Source: the human T2T-CHM13v2.0 reference genome, Homo sapiens
Reading direction: 5' to 3' (one strand)
Assembly (NCBI RefSeq): GCF_009914755.1
Contig: NC_060929.1
DNA length: 64,000 nt
The translations under genes and the position numbers were made by a program. Shown piece by piece: positions 1 through 16,745 of the stretch. The notes under the pieces were generated by a model. The model saw nothing but the letters and a program-made list of their open reading frames with translations, did not search any database and was not told where the DNA came from. How positions within the stretch are numbered: the stretch's first letter is position 1; each line of letters begins with the position of its first letter.

Positions 1-2264
1 AATGTTTATTGAGGGGGGAACAAGTGTAGCAACATTTTGATCATCCCTTGCAAGATATTATGAATGTCAGGCTGCACTAGATTAGAAGCTTTTATTTCTA
101 TTTTTATTTTTTAGCACTACGTAAAAAGCAGAAGAAACACACAGAAAAAAAAGAGCTCTTCCTGAGATAACTTTTCTCACCACCATTGATCATTTCTGTT
201 CTTCTTTTCAGGTCAGGCATGGAAGTACTCATGTTTGGCTCAGAGGATGTTAAAATTGAAGTGGTTAATTTAAGAGCTTTGCTCAGGTTCACTATTTGCC
301 TCACTTGATTTCTAATTGCTTGTAGTTAGAAGGAGTCAAATATATTCTCACCTAGTGATCAGTTTTGGTTTTCAAGTGACACTCTGCATGTGGAGCTCAG
401 AAAAACCAAACACCTACAGGAATGTGTTGAAGAAACCAGATAGCAAGGCCGCCAAGTGACTCAGACTCTGCTTCCATTCCCTAGGGTTTATCAACTTTGT
501 TAATGGGGCATATGTGCTGAGAATTATATAACATTAAACATGGGGAACATTTCCTGGAAAAAATTTCCATTCTTCCTCAAAGCCAATGCATTGAGAGGTC
601 TAGTGTCCAGGTAAAACACCACCCTCTAGTGTACATCTCTAAATAATATTGCTGTGACTCCTCTGATGATAATGGTTATGACAGTTGAGAATATTAAAAC
701 AAGTATTACAATGAGGATCATCTTCTATTAATATGCAGAATGGAGCACATGCAAAGACTAAATGCATAATGAGTGATCAAAATAATTGTTGATTTTCACT
801 CAAAATGAAGCAAATTGTTGACTAAATGAAATAATTCAACACTGACTTAAAAAAAGACAAAGCTCATTAGTTTTAGGAGTATTTATTGAGTATATAGTGT
901 GGGATATATGTTGTTCTACGACTGAACAAAGACAATAGTCATTTACGCTGAAAAATGGAAGAAAACTATTCTAAGAGGCGAATGCAGGATACATGAGGGA
1001 TCCCCACGACGCCTGTTTTTTGGAAAATAATATAAATTGCTGGGATCAAGGTGATATTTGATTACCTAAAGAACACTAAAATGTGATAACAGAAACATAA
1101 AAATGTTTCTTGGAAATCCTCAATGTAATTGCCAAATAAAGTGTAAATTCTCCTGTTCCATAAGGAGAAAAACTAATGGACACATGTCTAGATTAAAAGC
1201 TTTTTTTGATGTCATATAGCCAGATTCCAAGTGAATCAAAGGAGTAGATGGAACAGCTGAAAGTATTCTACACCTGGCACGAAGAGTGTTGAAAAATCCT
1301 ATAAAGACATTTTTGTCATTGCTCCTTCTCTCTTTGTACAGAGCTCAAAGAAATTTAACTCTTTTGTCAAAAATATCTGCAGCTCCTTTCTACACTCATG
1401 AATCTCTCAGAAAAATTTTTTTTCTTAATCATTTCTGATCTAAACTGTTGGATGTAGAATTGGCCTCTGCATAAAAGTGTGAAGTATTTAAGTGGTAAAA
1501 TTCTGCCCATAGAACACACAGTGTAACAAATTCATACATATTTTCTCAAATAATATTTTCAAAATGCATTACTGAAATTCCTTCTTTGGTATTTTCCAAT
1601 GGAATCAGAAAAAGTTTAGGATTTCCATCTACCAAAAAAATCATTGCTCATCAATGTAATCTTTTAGCTATCAGCAAGTTATTTACACTTTTGCTATGAG
1701 CGAATCTTTTCTCATATACCCACAATGGTGATCTAACTGCTTCAAAACATTTTTGGAAGTAGTTGGAATTTAATTAAATACTTATGTATGTATGCATGTA
1801 TGCACTCTAAGTTTTCATGTGTACATATAGTAAACATCAGCTAAATACAATGTACTTAGGTTTAAAAAAAATCCCCTAAAGGAAAAAGATAGTAAAATTG
1901 CCCTAGAATTTGTCTTATTTTTACAGCTAAGAAAGAAATCCAATTCATTAACACCCTGACTCTGATTCTAACTAGGTATAGGAGTTGAGAAAAATAACTT
2001 TTCTTCAAAGATCACAGATTCCCAGTTCATATAATGTGTAGTAGGATGGAATAATGGCACAAGTCCCTCTACATGGTAATAGTCTATGACTAGTAAGTCT
2101 TAGTAGTTTGGCTCTCTAATTAATATTAAAATATAATATTATATTATTTGGGGAAATTTTAGATTAACATTGATTATAATCAATGCCAAAAAAAAATCAG
2201 AAAGAAAGACCTTTAAATAATTCCGTCTAGTGCTGGTGCCTTCCTCTCTTGGTCTAATGCTGTG

Positions 2265-2515
2265 TAAGCACAGCAGTTAGCAGGGCAAGATGAGAAATGA
2301 GGCTGCCTGGATTGGAATCCCAACTCTAATATTACTAGTTACTTGGCCTTAGTTACTTAACTTCTCTGTGCCTTATATTTCTTACCAGTAATGAGGGCAT
2401 AAAAATAGCACGTCTTCTGCTTTGTAAGGTTGTTTTGAGGATCAAGTGAAATTAACATATAAAGCTTTTAGCACAGTTTACATAAATCGGTAATTCAACA
2501 AGTTTTTTTTACTAT
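2265..2515 (+). mobile_element. MIR SINE
   Basis: MIR core-like gaatcccaactct...acttaacttctctgtgcct...ggttgttttgaggatcaagtga...gcttttagcacag. Confidence 0.75.
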
Positions 2516-4385
2516 TAGTAATATTCTAACAAAGAATAAAGAAAACAATGACAAGAGGAAAAACACTCCAATTTTTATTTTAACAGAATGTTTGAAGAAA
2601 AGCTGATTTTTAAAATCCACATCAAATGGTTAATGATCTCCAGTTATGTCTCTACAATTGGCATCATCAGTGATTAGGAATACAGGTAGCATCTGCCAAA
2701 GCACTAGTTTGTGCTATGAGAAAGAGCATGTTTGAACCATGGGTAGTTTCAGTGAGATATAGCTAAGCTGCTAGAAATGGGTAATGTGTATTGAATGTAG
2801 GTAGGAGGGCATCCGCTGTGAAGGCATTCTTTCTCACTGGGTTTTCAAAAGCACATCAATAAGAATGAACAAATAGCCATGCAAGCATCTGCTACCATAC
2901 ATATGGAATGAAGGTAGACAGAAAGGCACATTATAACTGTGGTGAACGTAGCAACCTACCACAGGAAAACTGTATTATTTAGTTAACCCAACAATATACT
3001 TTGACAGGTTCTTTAAAAAATAAACTAAACTCCACATTCTGAAATTTATCAAATGATTTTCTTCAAATAAATATCCATGCTGTGTTTCAATATTCTTTAA
3101 GCCTTGACATTTATGTTGAGTTATAAACTTGCTATGAAAATGGGAACCTGGATTCCTCTGAATGAAAGTCTTTTGGTGAATTGATAAACAATTCTCACTG
3201 CAGTTTAATAGATTATCTCTAAATTTCAAGTCCAAATGTCAGAGCTGGAGATGGTAAAGACTGAAATAGTAGAGGTTTTGTTGATGCTTTCTATCCTATT
3301 ATTGTTTTTATAAAGGTTTTTGTTCCAAATGAATACAACACATCATATAGTCTCTAGTTAGCACTGGCAGGAAAAAAAAATGAATTTGAAGGGTTCAAAG
3401 AGACTAAATAGACAGAGAATATGATCTAAGGATATCAGCTTCTATATATGTATTTAATGTATTTAGTAGTGTGTATAAAATGAAGTGGGCTTTGAGTAGA
3501 GTGCATTATCTATAAAGAGTGCAAAAACACTCTGAAATTAAATTCATATTTTGCGAACTCTGACAGAAATTAAGAACTGAGGCCAAACTGACACTACTTA
3601 GCAATCAACAAGAGTTGTCCATGTATTCATCGGCTGTACTGGGCACATTTAGCACAATTGATCAGGCTAACTTTGAGAAAGATCATAAGGATATAAAGAC
3701 TCCTTCGAAGCAGTAGGAAAACGAATAGCTGAATGGAGAAAATTGTACCACACATCTTCTTGTCCTATTACTGTTAACGCCAGCAGTCACAATCAGTAGT
3801 TTATTGTATAGGGCAATCTTGTTGATTAGAAACTGGATTCAAGTTTATCAAAATGAAATGGCATGTAACTCATCCCTTCTATTCCTACAGAAATAACTTA
3901 TGCATCTTGATAGTCACTTTTATTTGTAGAACTATATTATGTAATAAGAATTGGCTTTGGCAATGTGTATAGTGCCTTGTCAATCACTTCTGCCATTCAT
4001 TTCTTGAAGAAAGTAGAAAACAAATCAGCAAAAGAAGTCTCACTTTCTGTAGCAAAAAAAAAGTGATTTTTATGCTACTTTTATTAGAAAGGCTTGAAAT
4101 ATTTGTCTTGAGATCCAATTGCTTTGTCATATTATTTGGACTATCTTGATGTGGGCACTTTGTTAAAGGCCCCTATGTATAGTTGTTAATTTAATGATCT
4201 AAAATAAACAGACTTAAGAAGAGGAATAACATTTCCAGAATTAGCCAGGAAGTCACTAGGTGGAAAAACAATGCAAAACCAAGAAGTTTTAAGTTCATCT
4301 CTAGCCACTAACTCCTTTCTCTGGCATGTAACATCAGCTCATTTCCCCTAGTCCTGACCCAAATAGGTGAGGATAAACAAAGTTA

Positions 4386-4398
4386 GTTGCTTAGCAAC
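4386..4398. promoter_or_regulatory. Candidate RFX X-box
   Basis: GTTGCTTAGCAAC, a near-palindromic match to the RFX motif in unique sequence; motif only. Confidence 0.35.
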
Positions 4399-5066
4399 AG
4401 GACTGCTGAGCAAAGAGGTAGAATTTGCTTTAATGTTGCTTCTTCGGCTGATCATTCAAGGTCCTTGCAGATCATGCAACTTCTAAAACCAGCAACTCTC
4501 CAGAAATACTGACTTAGGTCAAGAATAATGTTTATAATCATATACTGAATAGAAAGGCATGTAAATAGCAACAATTTAAATAATTATTATTAAATTAACA
4601 TTTTTTGAGGTCTCTGATAGTTTTAAGTGTTTTATACATGTTAACTCATACAAAATGGAGAAAATATGAAAATTATATATTGAATATAAATTCAAGAGAA
4701 CACTTAATATATGCATATATCAAAAATATACTATATCTATTCAAAAAATTAAAAAATATAGTTACTAGGTGGGCGCATGAGGCAAGGAATAACGAAGACA
4801 TTAACAAATGTGTATGTACTTTGTTTAAAAATATATCTATGAATACTTTATTGATGTGAACTTTTCTTTCGAAGATCTTAAAACACTTTATTTCCTTTTT
4901 CAACTTCTCTGAGAATTGAATACAGTACCTGTAAGTTTGCCCTTGTACAAAAAGTAAAAAGAGAAAGTGTAAAGATCATAAAGTCATTGCCTCTGCTTAA
5001 AGCAGAAAGATTAGTCATGTAACTAGCTCAGGAGCTTTAGTTAAATTTTCCACTTTTACACTGGAT

Positions 5067-5067
<1 letters not shown>

Positions 5068-5098
<31 letters not shown>
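5068..5098. repeat. (GT)15 microsatellite
   Basis: Perfect GT run. Confidence 0.97.
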
Positions 5099-5101
<3 letters not shown>

Positions 5102-5178
5102 TTTCAGCATCACAACTCAACTAGTACACAAGGAAACATTTCCTAGGCAAATAAAATTGTGTCAAAATAATTTGTTAG

Positions 5179-5222
5179 TTACCTTTACCAATTCAGTTAT
5201 TTACCTTTACCAATTCAGTTAT
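5179..5222. repeat. Perfect 22-bp tandem duplication
   Basis: ttacctttaccaattcagttat x2. Confidence 0.95.
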
Positions 5223-6621
5223 TTTAAAACGATCAGTTGCTTGGGCCTCAATCTAAGGGTATTGATCACTAAATTTCACAAGGAAAGGACTAGGAACACA
5301 GTATCCTTATTTTCCCTACTTATACAGGCACAATATAGCAATGGAGCACTGAAGACATTCCAAGAAAAATAAATGATTCCAGACATATCAAAATTCAGCA
5401 TTTTCTATGCATAATTTAAATGCCAATTTACTTGTTTTGAAAGAGGAAATTATTCCGTGGCTGATAGAAAGACTGCAAACTTTACTTAAAACTTCTTTAA
5501 ATCTAGGTGGTCATCCCACTAAAGAAGGTGTATTCTGTGGTCTTTTAGATCCTGTAGATTTACTTTCGGGGAAAAAAAGTTCACAATGAGAACAATAGTT
5601 CCAGACACCACAGATGGAAATTTAAATGTGGTGTGATACTGCACATCAGGAGCCAGCTAAGGTAACTGTGTTGCAATCTGTGAGTTACTCTTGTGAAACG
5701 ATTCCTTGGCATTTTCTTAACAAGAGCAGGGTGTTAGTGCCAGTGTTTTGGCTTGCATCCATTTTCCAGTGTATGAGCTCCAACCACCAATACTTTTTCT
5801 ACATTTCACATCTTAAATGATTTTAGGGTTATGCAATTCATGTTAATATTTTTTATTAAACATATACTTCACTCACAGCAGCACAAATCCTATTAAGTGT
5901 TTAGAGATTCCTCAGGAAAAATGTATGCTGTTCTTGAGCTACAGTAACTGCAATCTTATGTCTTTTTTAAACCCTGCCCTTCCCCCCCGCCCCCCCCCAA
6001 AAAAGACCTGTTTGGACCGAATATTATTTACCAAAAAATAATTGTCTTTTTAAAAAAAAAAAAAAAACCAAGGCCCCGATTGCATTTTCTCACATTATTC
6101 AGTTCTTAATCAAGTTAAGTGCTTTTATAAATGTAAACCGACTTTAGGACAGGGATAAATAAACATAAAAATAGAGGAGACTAGGACACACACACACATA
6201 CACACATACTGCACAGCACGTAATATCTGGTAGCACATTGGAATTTTTATCTTTAAAATGTTTTTCACTTATGGAAATAAAATATATAAAATATAGATGT
6301 ATAGTTTAAATATAATTTTTTCATTTTATCTGTTTTCAATATTTTTAATCTAATGAAAGCTAAACAAATAAGTGACAAATGATTTGTTTAAATAGCACAT
6401 TAATTTCAAATACAAAATGTTTTGAGGATTAAATCTCTTGTTATGTTTTTAAATATTTAAGTATCTCTAATAAGATACCATAAGTAATCAAAAGTTGATA
6501 TAGACTCAAACTTACTTTTTACTCTTTCATTTTTATTCAATCATTCTTATAATTATATTATGAAATCTCTTTTCAAATCAGTCCAGCCATTTAATTCTCC
6601 TTGCATTCTACTGCTACTACT

Positions 6622-6830
6622 GATTTATTGAGCACTCACTTGGTGTTTAGAACTTAATATATATACTCCCATTTAATTTTCACACCCACACTTTAAAGTA
6701 GAAAGTATCATTGTCATTATATAGGTGAGAAATCTTACACTTAAAAATGTTGAACTTGTTCAAGTCACATAGCTAAGAAGCAAGAAAGTCAAGGTTGAAA
6801 CATAAAGTTGGCTAAGTTATAGTCTTTAAC
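6622..6830 (-). mobile_element. MIR SINE
   Basis: atttattgagcact...ataggtgagaaa...acttgttcaagtcacatagctaag. Confidence 0.7.
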
Positions 6831-6878
6831 TGTATATATAGTTATTAGCAATGATAAACTATGTCATGTAAAATCTCA

Positions 6879-9290
<2,412 letters not shown>

Positions 9291-11828
9291 CTGAACTAAT
9301 TCAAGGTTGTCTGGTTAAGCCTCTGTAAAGCTATCTTACCCAGAACTTCTGAGCAAAATTAATAGTAACTTCTTTTTCTAGATCTGAGTAATGGTGGTTT
9401 CTCATAAAAATATGAGTAGAAGTTTCTAAATGTATCTATTTTTTATTTGATTTGTTATGATTCAATATTTTCCACCAAAATGTTGGGATGATCAGGAAAA
9501 ACCTTTAAAGGGAATAAGAATATCTAAACAATTGGAAATGGAGTTAAATGCTCTAGAAGAAACAAACGATCCAATTAAATTATAATTAGGGACAGAGATT
9601 TACCCAAACAGCACATTGTCATAGTCAAGAGACAGAGTGAAATTTTAAAAAGCAGATCAAACCAAAGCCAGATGACAGACAAATAGGTGGTTTAGGATAT
9701 GAAAATACATGAAATGTATGAAGTGAAGAATCATGAACATATTCATGGCATACTTTTGAAAATACAGAAGCATTGTTTCACATCCAGTTCCAAAAGAAGT
9801 GAAGCTAGATAAATTCAGGAAGAAGCAAAACAATCACATTTTAAAGCCACAAGCATCCTGAGTTTATTCCTTATTAATGAACTGAAACTTCCTCTAGAAT
9901 AATAAGGCGGGGGGAGTAAAAGGTCTAAAATGGGCATTTTCAGAGTATTACTATAAAGAGAAAGAACGCTATAATTCAACCACTGAACTGAAATCTGAAA
10001 TCCTTAAAGTGCATTTTTAGGCTGCTGATCCTAACCTCCTACGGACCAATTACAGCTAAATAATTGTTGTTGGTATGACAACGTCAGGGAGAAACAAAAG
10101 ACCACTTTCTTTAAGTGAAGCCGCAAAGTTGTTCTTTAGAACAGAAAATAAGAAGGGGTGGCTATACATTATGGCAGCATATGAGATCACATTGGTTAAT
10201 GACATTATTCTTCCAATAATGTTATTAAGACCACAAACGGTTGTGGAGGGCTAACACATGTACATCATTGATTGTACATTTCAGCTGTCTTAAATCTAAG
10301 AGTTGATTATCAAAGACAAATTGGTTATTTTATTCACATGACTAGTCAGCAAGGCACTTAAGCACTGTTTCAAATTCATGTCTTAGGTACAACTCTAGTT
10401 TCACATGTCAGTAGTAAATATGTTCAGAGGTCTGATGGTCAAAGCCCATGTACATATTATTTTCACAAATCTTGCAAATGGTCACTTTTCTTTTATGTAA
10501 AAAGTGATATTACCAATCATACGCAAATGAAGTTATCCACAGTCTTTATTGATTTAATGCAGATATACTCTTGATTTCAAAAGAAATAATTGTACAAAAC
10601 TACACATATTGATGTAGGATTTGATGATTTTTGACCTGTATACACCCATGAGACCATCATCACAATAGAGATAATGGAGATATGCATTACCCTCCAAGAT
10701 GGTTCTTGTGCTCCAATGTTATGTGACCCTTCATTCTTTCTCTCTCACCTGCCATCCCCAGGGAGTCACTTGTTTTCTATCAACATAGATTAGTGCGTAT
10801 TTTCTAGGGTTTTATGTAAACGGAATCATAGAATAAGTACTCTTTTCTGTTTGGCTTATTACAGTTAGCATAACTGTTTTGAGATTTATCCATTTTGTCA
10901 TGATCCTTGTTATTACTGAGTAGTAGCTTATATAGTTTATTTTTCTAGTCAATTTTTGATCATCATTTGGTTGGTTTTCTTTTTTTGCCTATTACAAATA
11001 AATCTGCTGTGAATATTTCTGTGCAAGTAATTATGTGGACATGTGCTATCATTTCTCTTGGGTAAATACCTAGAAATGGAACGGCTGTATCATATGATAG
11101 GCACACATTTAACATTTAACACACATATACATTAAAAATGTTTTTCAAAGTGGTTATATTTCATTTCAAATCAGTGTATCGCATTCTAGTCATTCCATGT
11201 CCTCACCATGAGTGGATGATGTGTTAAGTCAACCTAATTTTAACCATCTGAGTTGTGTGTTGGGATATCTAATTACAGTTTAATTTGCATTTTCTAATGA
11301 CTAATAATATTGAGTATGATTTCATGTACTTATTTAGTATCCATATATCTTTTTTGGCAAATTGTCCAAACCTTTGCTCATTTAAAATATTAGATTGTTT
11401 GTTTACATATGATTGAGTTTTGTGGGTTCATTATGTATTCTGAAAACAAGTCCTCTATGAAATATGGGTTTGGGGTATCTTTCGCTTAAGTCTATACCTT
11501 ATCTTTTCATTTTCTTAATAGTGTCTTTTGAAAATCTGAAACGAAATATATATAAATTTATATTTTTTACATTTATGGGTTGTGTTTTTGTCATATGTTA
11601 GAAATATTTTTTAACCAAAAGGGGATTTTTGGTTTTGTTTGTTTGTTTTTACTTTAAGTTCTGGGATACATGTGCAGAACCTGCAGTCTTGTTACATAGG
11701 TAAACGAGTGCCATGGTGGTTTGCTGCACCTATTGACACATTCTTTAAGGTCCCTCCCCTCGCCCACCACCTCCCAACAGACCCTAGTGTGTGTTGTTGC
11801 CCTCCCTGTGTCCATGCGTTCTCACTGT

Positions 11829-14585
11829 TCAACTGCCAGTTATGAGTGAGAACATATGGTGTTTGGTTTTCTGTTCTTGTGTTATTTTCCTGAGAATGAT
11901 GACTTCCAGCTTCATCCATGTCACTGCAAAGGACATGATCTCATTCATTTTTATGACTGCATAGTATTCCATAGTGTATATGCACCACTTTTTCTTTATC
12001 CAGTCTATCATTGATGGGTATTTGTGTGGGTTCCATGACTTTGTTATTGTAAATAGTGCACAATAAACATATATATGCATGTGTCTTATAGTAGAATAAT
12101 TCATATTCCATTGGGTATATACCCAGGAATGGGATAGCTGGAACAAATTTTATATGAGGTTCTAGATCCTTGAGGAATTGCCATACTGTCTTCCACAAAG
12201 GTTGAACTAATTTACATTGCCATTATCAGTGTAAAAGTGTTCTTGTTCTTTGCAGTCTTGCCAGCATCTATTGTTTCTTGCCTTTTTAATAATCAATATT
12301 CTGACTGATGTGAGATAGTATCTTGCTATGGTTTTGATGTGCATTTCTCTAATGATTAATGATGTTGAGCATTTTTTTCATATGTTTGTTGGCTACATAA
12401 ATGTCTTCTTTTGAGAAGTGTCTGTTCATATCCTTTTCCCACTTTTTGATGGGGTTGTTTGTTTGTTTTTCTTGTAAACATGTTTAAGTTCATTGTACAT
12501 GCTGGATATTAGGCCTTTGTCAGATGGGTAGATTGCAAAACTGTTTTCCTATTCTGTAGGTTGCCTGTTCACTCTGATGATAGTTTCTTTTGCTGTGCAG
12601 AAGCTCTTTAGTTTAATTAGATCCCATTAGTCAATTTTGGCTTTTGTTGCAATTGCTTTTGGCATTTTTGTCATGAAGTCCTTGCCCATGCCTATGTCCT
12701 GAATGTTATTGCCTAGATTTTCTTCTAGGGTCTTCATGGTTTTGGGTTTTACATTTAAGTTTTTAATCCATCTTGAGTTTATTTTTGTACAAGGTGTAAG
12801 GAAGGGGTCCAGTTTCAGTTTTCTGCATATGACTACCCAGTTTTCCCAGCATCATTTATTCAATAAGAGATCCTTTCCCCATTGCTTGTTTTTCTCAGGT
12901 TTGTGGAAGATCAGATGTTCGTAGATGTGTGGTGTTATTTCTGAGGTATCTATTCTGTTTCATTGATCTATATGTCTGTTTTGGTACCAGTACCATGCTG
13001 TTTCGGTTACTGTAGCTTTGTAGTATAGTTTGAAGTCAGGTAGCATGATGCTTCCAGCTTTGTTCTTTTTGCTTAGGATTGTCTTGGCTATATGGGGACT
13101 TCTTTGATACCATATGAAATTTAAAGTAGTTTTTTTCTAATTCTGTGAAAAATGCCAATGGTAGTTTGATGGGAATAGCATTGAATCTATAAGTTACTTT
13201 GGGTAGTATGTCCATTTTCATGATATTGATTCTTCCTATCCATGAGTATGGAAGGTTGTTCCATTTGTTTGTGTCCTTTCTTATTTCCTTGAGCAGTGGT
13301 TTGTAGTTCTCCATGAAGAGGTCCTCCACATCCTTTGTTAGCTATATTCCTAGGTGTTTTATTCTCTTTGTAGCAGTTGTGGAGGACAGTTCATTCATGA
13401 TTTGGCTCTCTGCTTGACTATTGTTGGTGTATAGGAATGCTTGTGATTTTTGCACAATGATTTTGTATGCTGAGACTTTGCTGAAGTTGCTTATTAGCTT
13501 AAGGAGAATGGGGCTGAGATGATGGGGTTTTCTAAATATAGAATCATGGTATCTGCAAACAGAGACAATTTGACTTCCTCTCTTCCTATTGGAATACACT
13601 TTATTTTTTTCTCTTGCCTGATTGCTCTGGCCAGACCTTCCAATACTATGTTGAATAGGAGTGGTAAGAGAGGACATACTTGTCTTGTACTGGTTTCAGA
13701 GGAAATGCTCCCATTTTTTCTCATTCTATATGATATTGGCCATGGGCTTGTCATAAATAGCTCTTATTATTTTGAGTTACATTCCAACAATACCTAGTTT
13801 ATTGAAAGTTTTTAGCATGAAGGGATGCTGAATTTTATTGAAGGCCTTTTCTGCATCTATTGAGATAATCATGTGGTTTTTGACATTTTTTCTATTTATG
13901 TGATGGATTAAGTTTATTGATTTGCATATGTTGAACCAGCACTACATCCCAGGGATGAAGCCGACTTGATCATGATGGGTAAGTTTTATGTTATGCTGCT
14001 GAATTCGGTTTGTCAGTATTTTATTGAGGATTTTTGCATTGATGTTAATCAGAGATATTGGCCTGAAGTTTTCTTTTTTTGTTGTGTCTCTGCCAGGTTT
14101 TGGTATCAGGATGATGCTGACTTCATAAAATGGGTTAGGGAGGAGTCCCTCCTTTTTAATTTTTTGGAATAGTTTCAGAAGAAATGGTATCAGCCCCTCT
14201 TTGTACCTCTGGTAGAATTTGGCTATAAATCTGCCTGGCCCTGGGCTTTTTTTGTTTGGTAGGCTATTAATTACTGCCTCGATTTCAGAACTTGTTATTG
14301 GTCTATTCAGGGATTCTCCTTCTTCCTGGTTTAATCTTGGGAGAGTGTACGTGTCCAGGAATGTATCAATTTTTTCTAGGTTTTCTAGTTTATTTTCACA
14401 GAGGTGGTTATAGTATTCTCTAATGGTAGTTTGTATTGCTGTGGGGTCAGTGATGATATTCCCTTCACCATTTTTTATTGTGTCTATTTTATTCTTCTCT
14501 CTTTTCTTCTTTATTAGTCTAGCTAGAGTTCTATCTCTTCTGGTAATTTTTTCAAAAAACCATCTCCTGGATTCATTGATTTTTT

Positions 14586-14637
<52 letters not shown>

Positions 14638-15662
14638 TATCTCCTTCAGTTCTGCTCTGATCTTAGTTATTTCTTGTCTTCTGCTAGCTTTTGGATTAGT
14701 TTGCTCTTGCTTCTTAGCTCTTTTATGTGATGTTAGGGTGTCAATCTGAGATCTTTCTAGCTTTCTGATGTGGGCAATTACTGTTATAAATTTCCCTCTT
14801 AACACTGCTTTAGCTGTGTCCCAGAGATTCTGGTACATTGTGTCTTTGTTTTCATTGGTTTCAAAGAGCTTCTTGATTTCTGCCTTAATTTCATTACTTA
14901 CCTAGGAGTCATTCAGGAGCAGGTTGTTCAATTTCCATGTAATTGTGTGGTTTTGAGTGAGTTCCTTAATCCCAAGTTCTAATTTGATTGCACTTTGGTT
15001 TGAGAGATTGTTATGATTTCAATTCTTTTGCATTTGCTGAGGAGGGTTTTACTTCAAATTATGTGGTTCCATGTGGCACTGAGAAGAATGTATATTCCGT
15101 TGATTTAGGGTGGAGAGTTTTGTAGAAGTCTATTAGGTCCACTTGATCCAGAGCTGAGTTCAAATCCTGAATATCCTTGTTAATTTGCTGTCTTGTTGAT
15201 CTGTGTAATAATGACATTGGGGTGTTAAAGTCTCCCACTATTATTGTGTGGGAGTCTAAGACTCTTTGTAGGTCTCTAAGAACTTGTTTTATGAATCTGG
15301 GTGCTCCTGTACTGGAAGCATATATATTTAGGATAGTTAGCTCTTCTTGTTATAGTAATCCCTTTACCATTATGTAATGTCCTTCTTTGTCTTTTTTTGT
15401 TCTTTGTTGGTTTAAAGTCTGTTTTGTCAGAGACTAGGATTGCAACCCTTGCTTTTTTTTACTTTCCATTTGCTTGGTAAATTTTACTCCATCCCTTTAT
15501 TTTGAGCCTATATGTGTCTTTGCATGTGAGATGTGTCTGATGATTACAGCACACCAATGGATTTTGACTCTTTATCCAATTTGCCAGTCTGTGTCTTTTA
15601 ATTGGGGCATTTACCCCATTTACATTTAAGGTTAAATTGTTATGTGTGAATTTTATCATCAC
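11829..15662 (-). pseudogene. Disrupted L1 ORF2p
   Basis: Several frameshifted ORF2 peptides (13942-14838, 13494-13754, 13036-13329, 11829-12146). Confidence 0.88.
14590..14637. repeat. (TG)~23 microsatellite inside L1 ORF2
   Basis: Perfect TG run; reads as THTHTH in ORF 13942-14838. Confidence 0.97.
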
Positions 15663-15722
15663 AATGCTATCTGGTTATTTTGCACACTAGTTGATGTAGT
15701 TTCTTCATAGTGTCATTGCTCT

Positions 15723-16745
15723 TTATATTTCATTTTGTTTTTGCAGTGGCTGGTTTCTTGTTTTATATCTCCATATTTAGTGTTTCTTTCAGGGGCTCTT
15801 GCAAAATAGGCCTGGTGTTGATGAAATCCCTCACATTTGGCTATCTGGAAAGGATTTTATTTCTCCTTTGCTTATGAATCTTAGTTTGGCTGGATATGAA
15901 ATTCTGGGTTGAAAATTCTTTTCTTTAAGAATGTTGAATATTGACCCCCAATCTCTTCTGGCTTGCAGGGTTTCTGCAGAGAAGTCTGCTATTGGTCTGA
16001 TGGCCTTTCCTTTGTAGGTGACCTGGCTTTTCTCTCTGGCTGCGCTTAACATTTTTTCCTTCATTTTCACCTTGGAGAATCTGATGATTATGTGTCCTAG
16101 GGTTGATCTTCTCATGGAGTATCTTAGTGGTGTTCTCTGTATTTCCTGAATTTGCATGTTGGCCTGTCTTGCTAGGTTGGGGAAGTTCTCCTGCACAATA
16201 TCCTAAAACGTGTTTTCCAGCTTGTTTCCATTGTTCCCATCTCTTTCAGGTACTTCAATTAATCGTAGGTTTGGTCTTTTTACACAGTCCCATACTTCTT
16301 GGAGGCATTGTTCATTCCTTTCTATTCTTTTTTCTCTAATCTTGTCTGCCTGCCTTATTTAGCAAGGTCTTCTTCAAACTATGATACCCTTTCTTCCATT
16401 TGGTTGATTCAGCTATTGATACTTGTGTATGTTTCACAAAGTTCTCATGCTGTGTTTTTTGGCTCCATCGGGTCATTTATGTTCCTCTCTAAACTGGTTA
16501 TTTAGTTGGCAGTTCCTCTAACCTTTTATCAAGGTTCTTAGCTTCTTGGCATTGGGTTATAACATGCTCCTTTAGCTCAGCACAGTTTTTTATTAACCAT
16601 CTTCTGAAGTCTACTTCTGCCAAATCGTCCATCTCATCCTCCATCCAGTCTGTGCCCTTGCTGGAGAGGTGTTGTGATGATTTGGAGGATAAGAGGCACT
16701 CAGGCCTTTTGGGTCTTCAGTGTTTTTTCATTGATTCTTTCTCAT
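15723..16745 (-). pseudogene. Disrupted L1 ORF1p
   Basis: ORF 15831-16196 ENFPNLARQANMQIQEIQRTP...FQPRISYPAKL. Confidence 0.88.

Noticed and set aside
195-300. Polypyrimidine tract plus CAG (ttctgttcttcttttcag, ending at 210) as a splice acceptor
   Set aside because: No convincing paired donor or coding frame; such motifs are common by chance.
3566-3716. ~50-codon open stretch (...SAVLGTFSTIDQANFEKDHKDIK...)
   Set aside because: No recognisable homology and weak splice context; the length is within chance.
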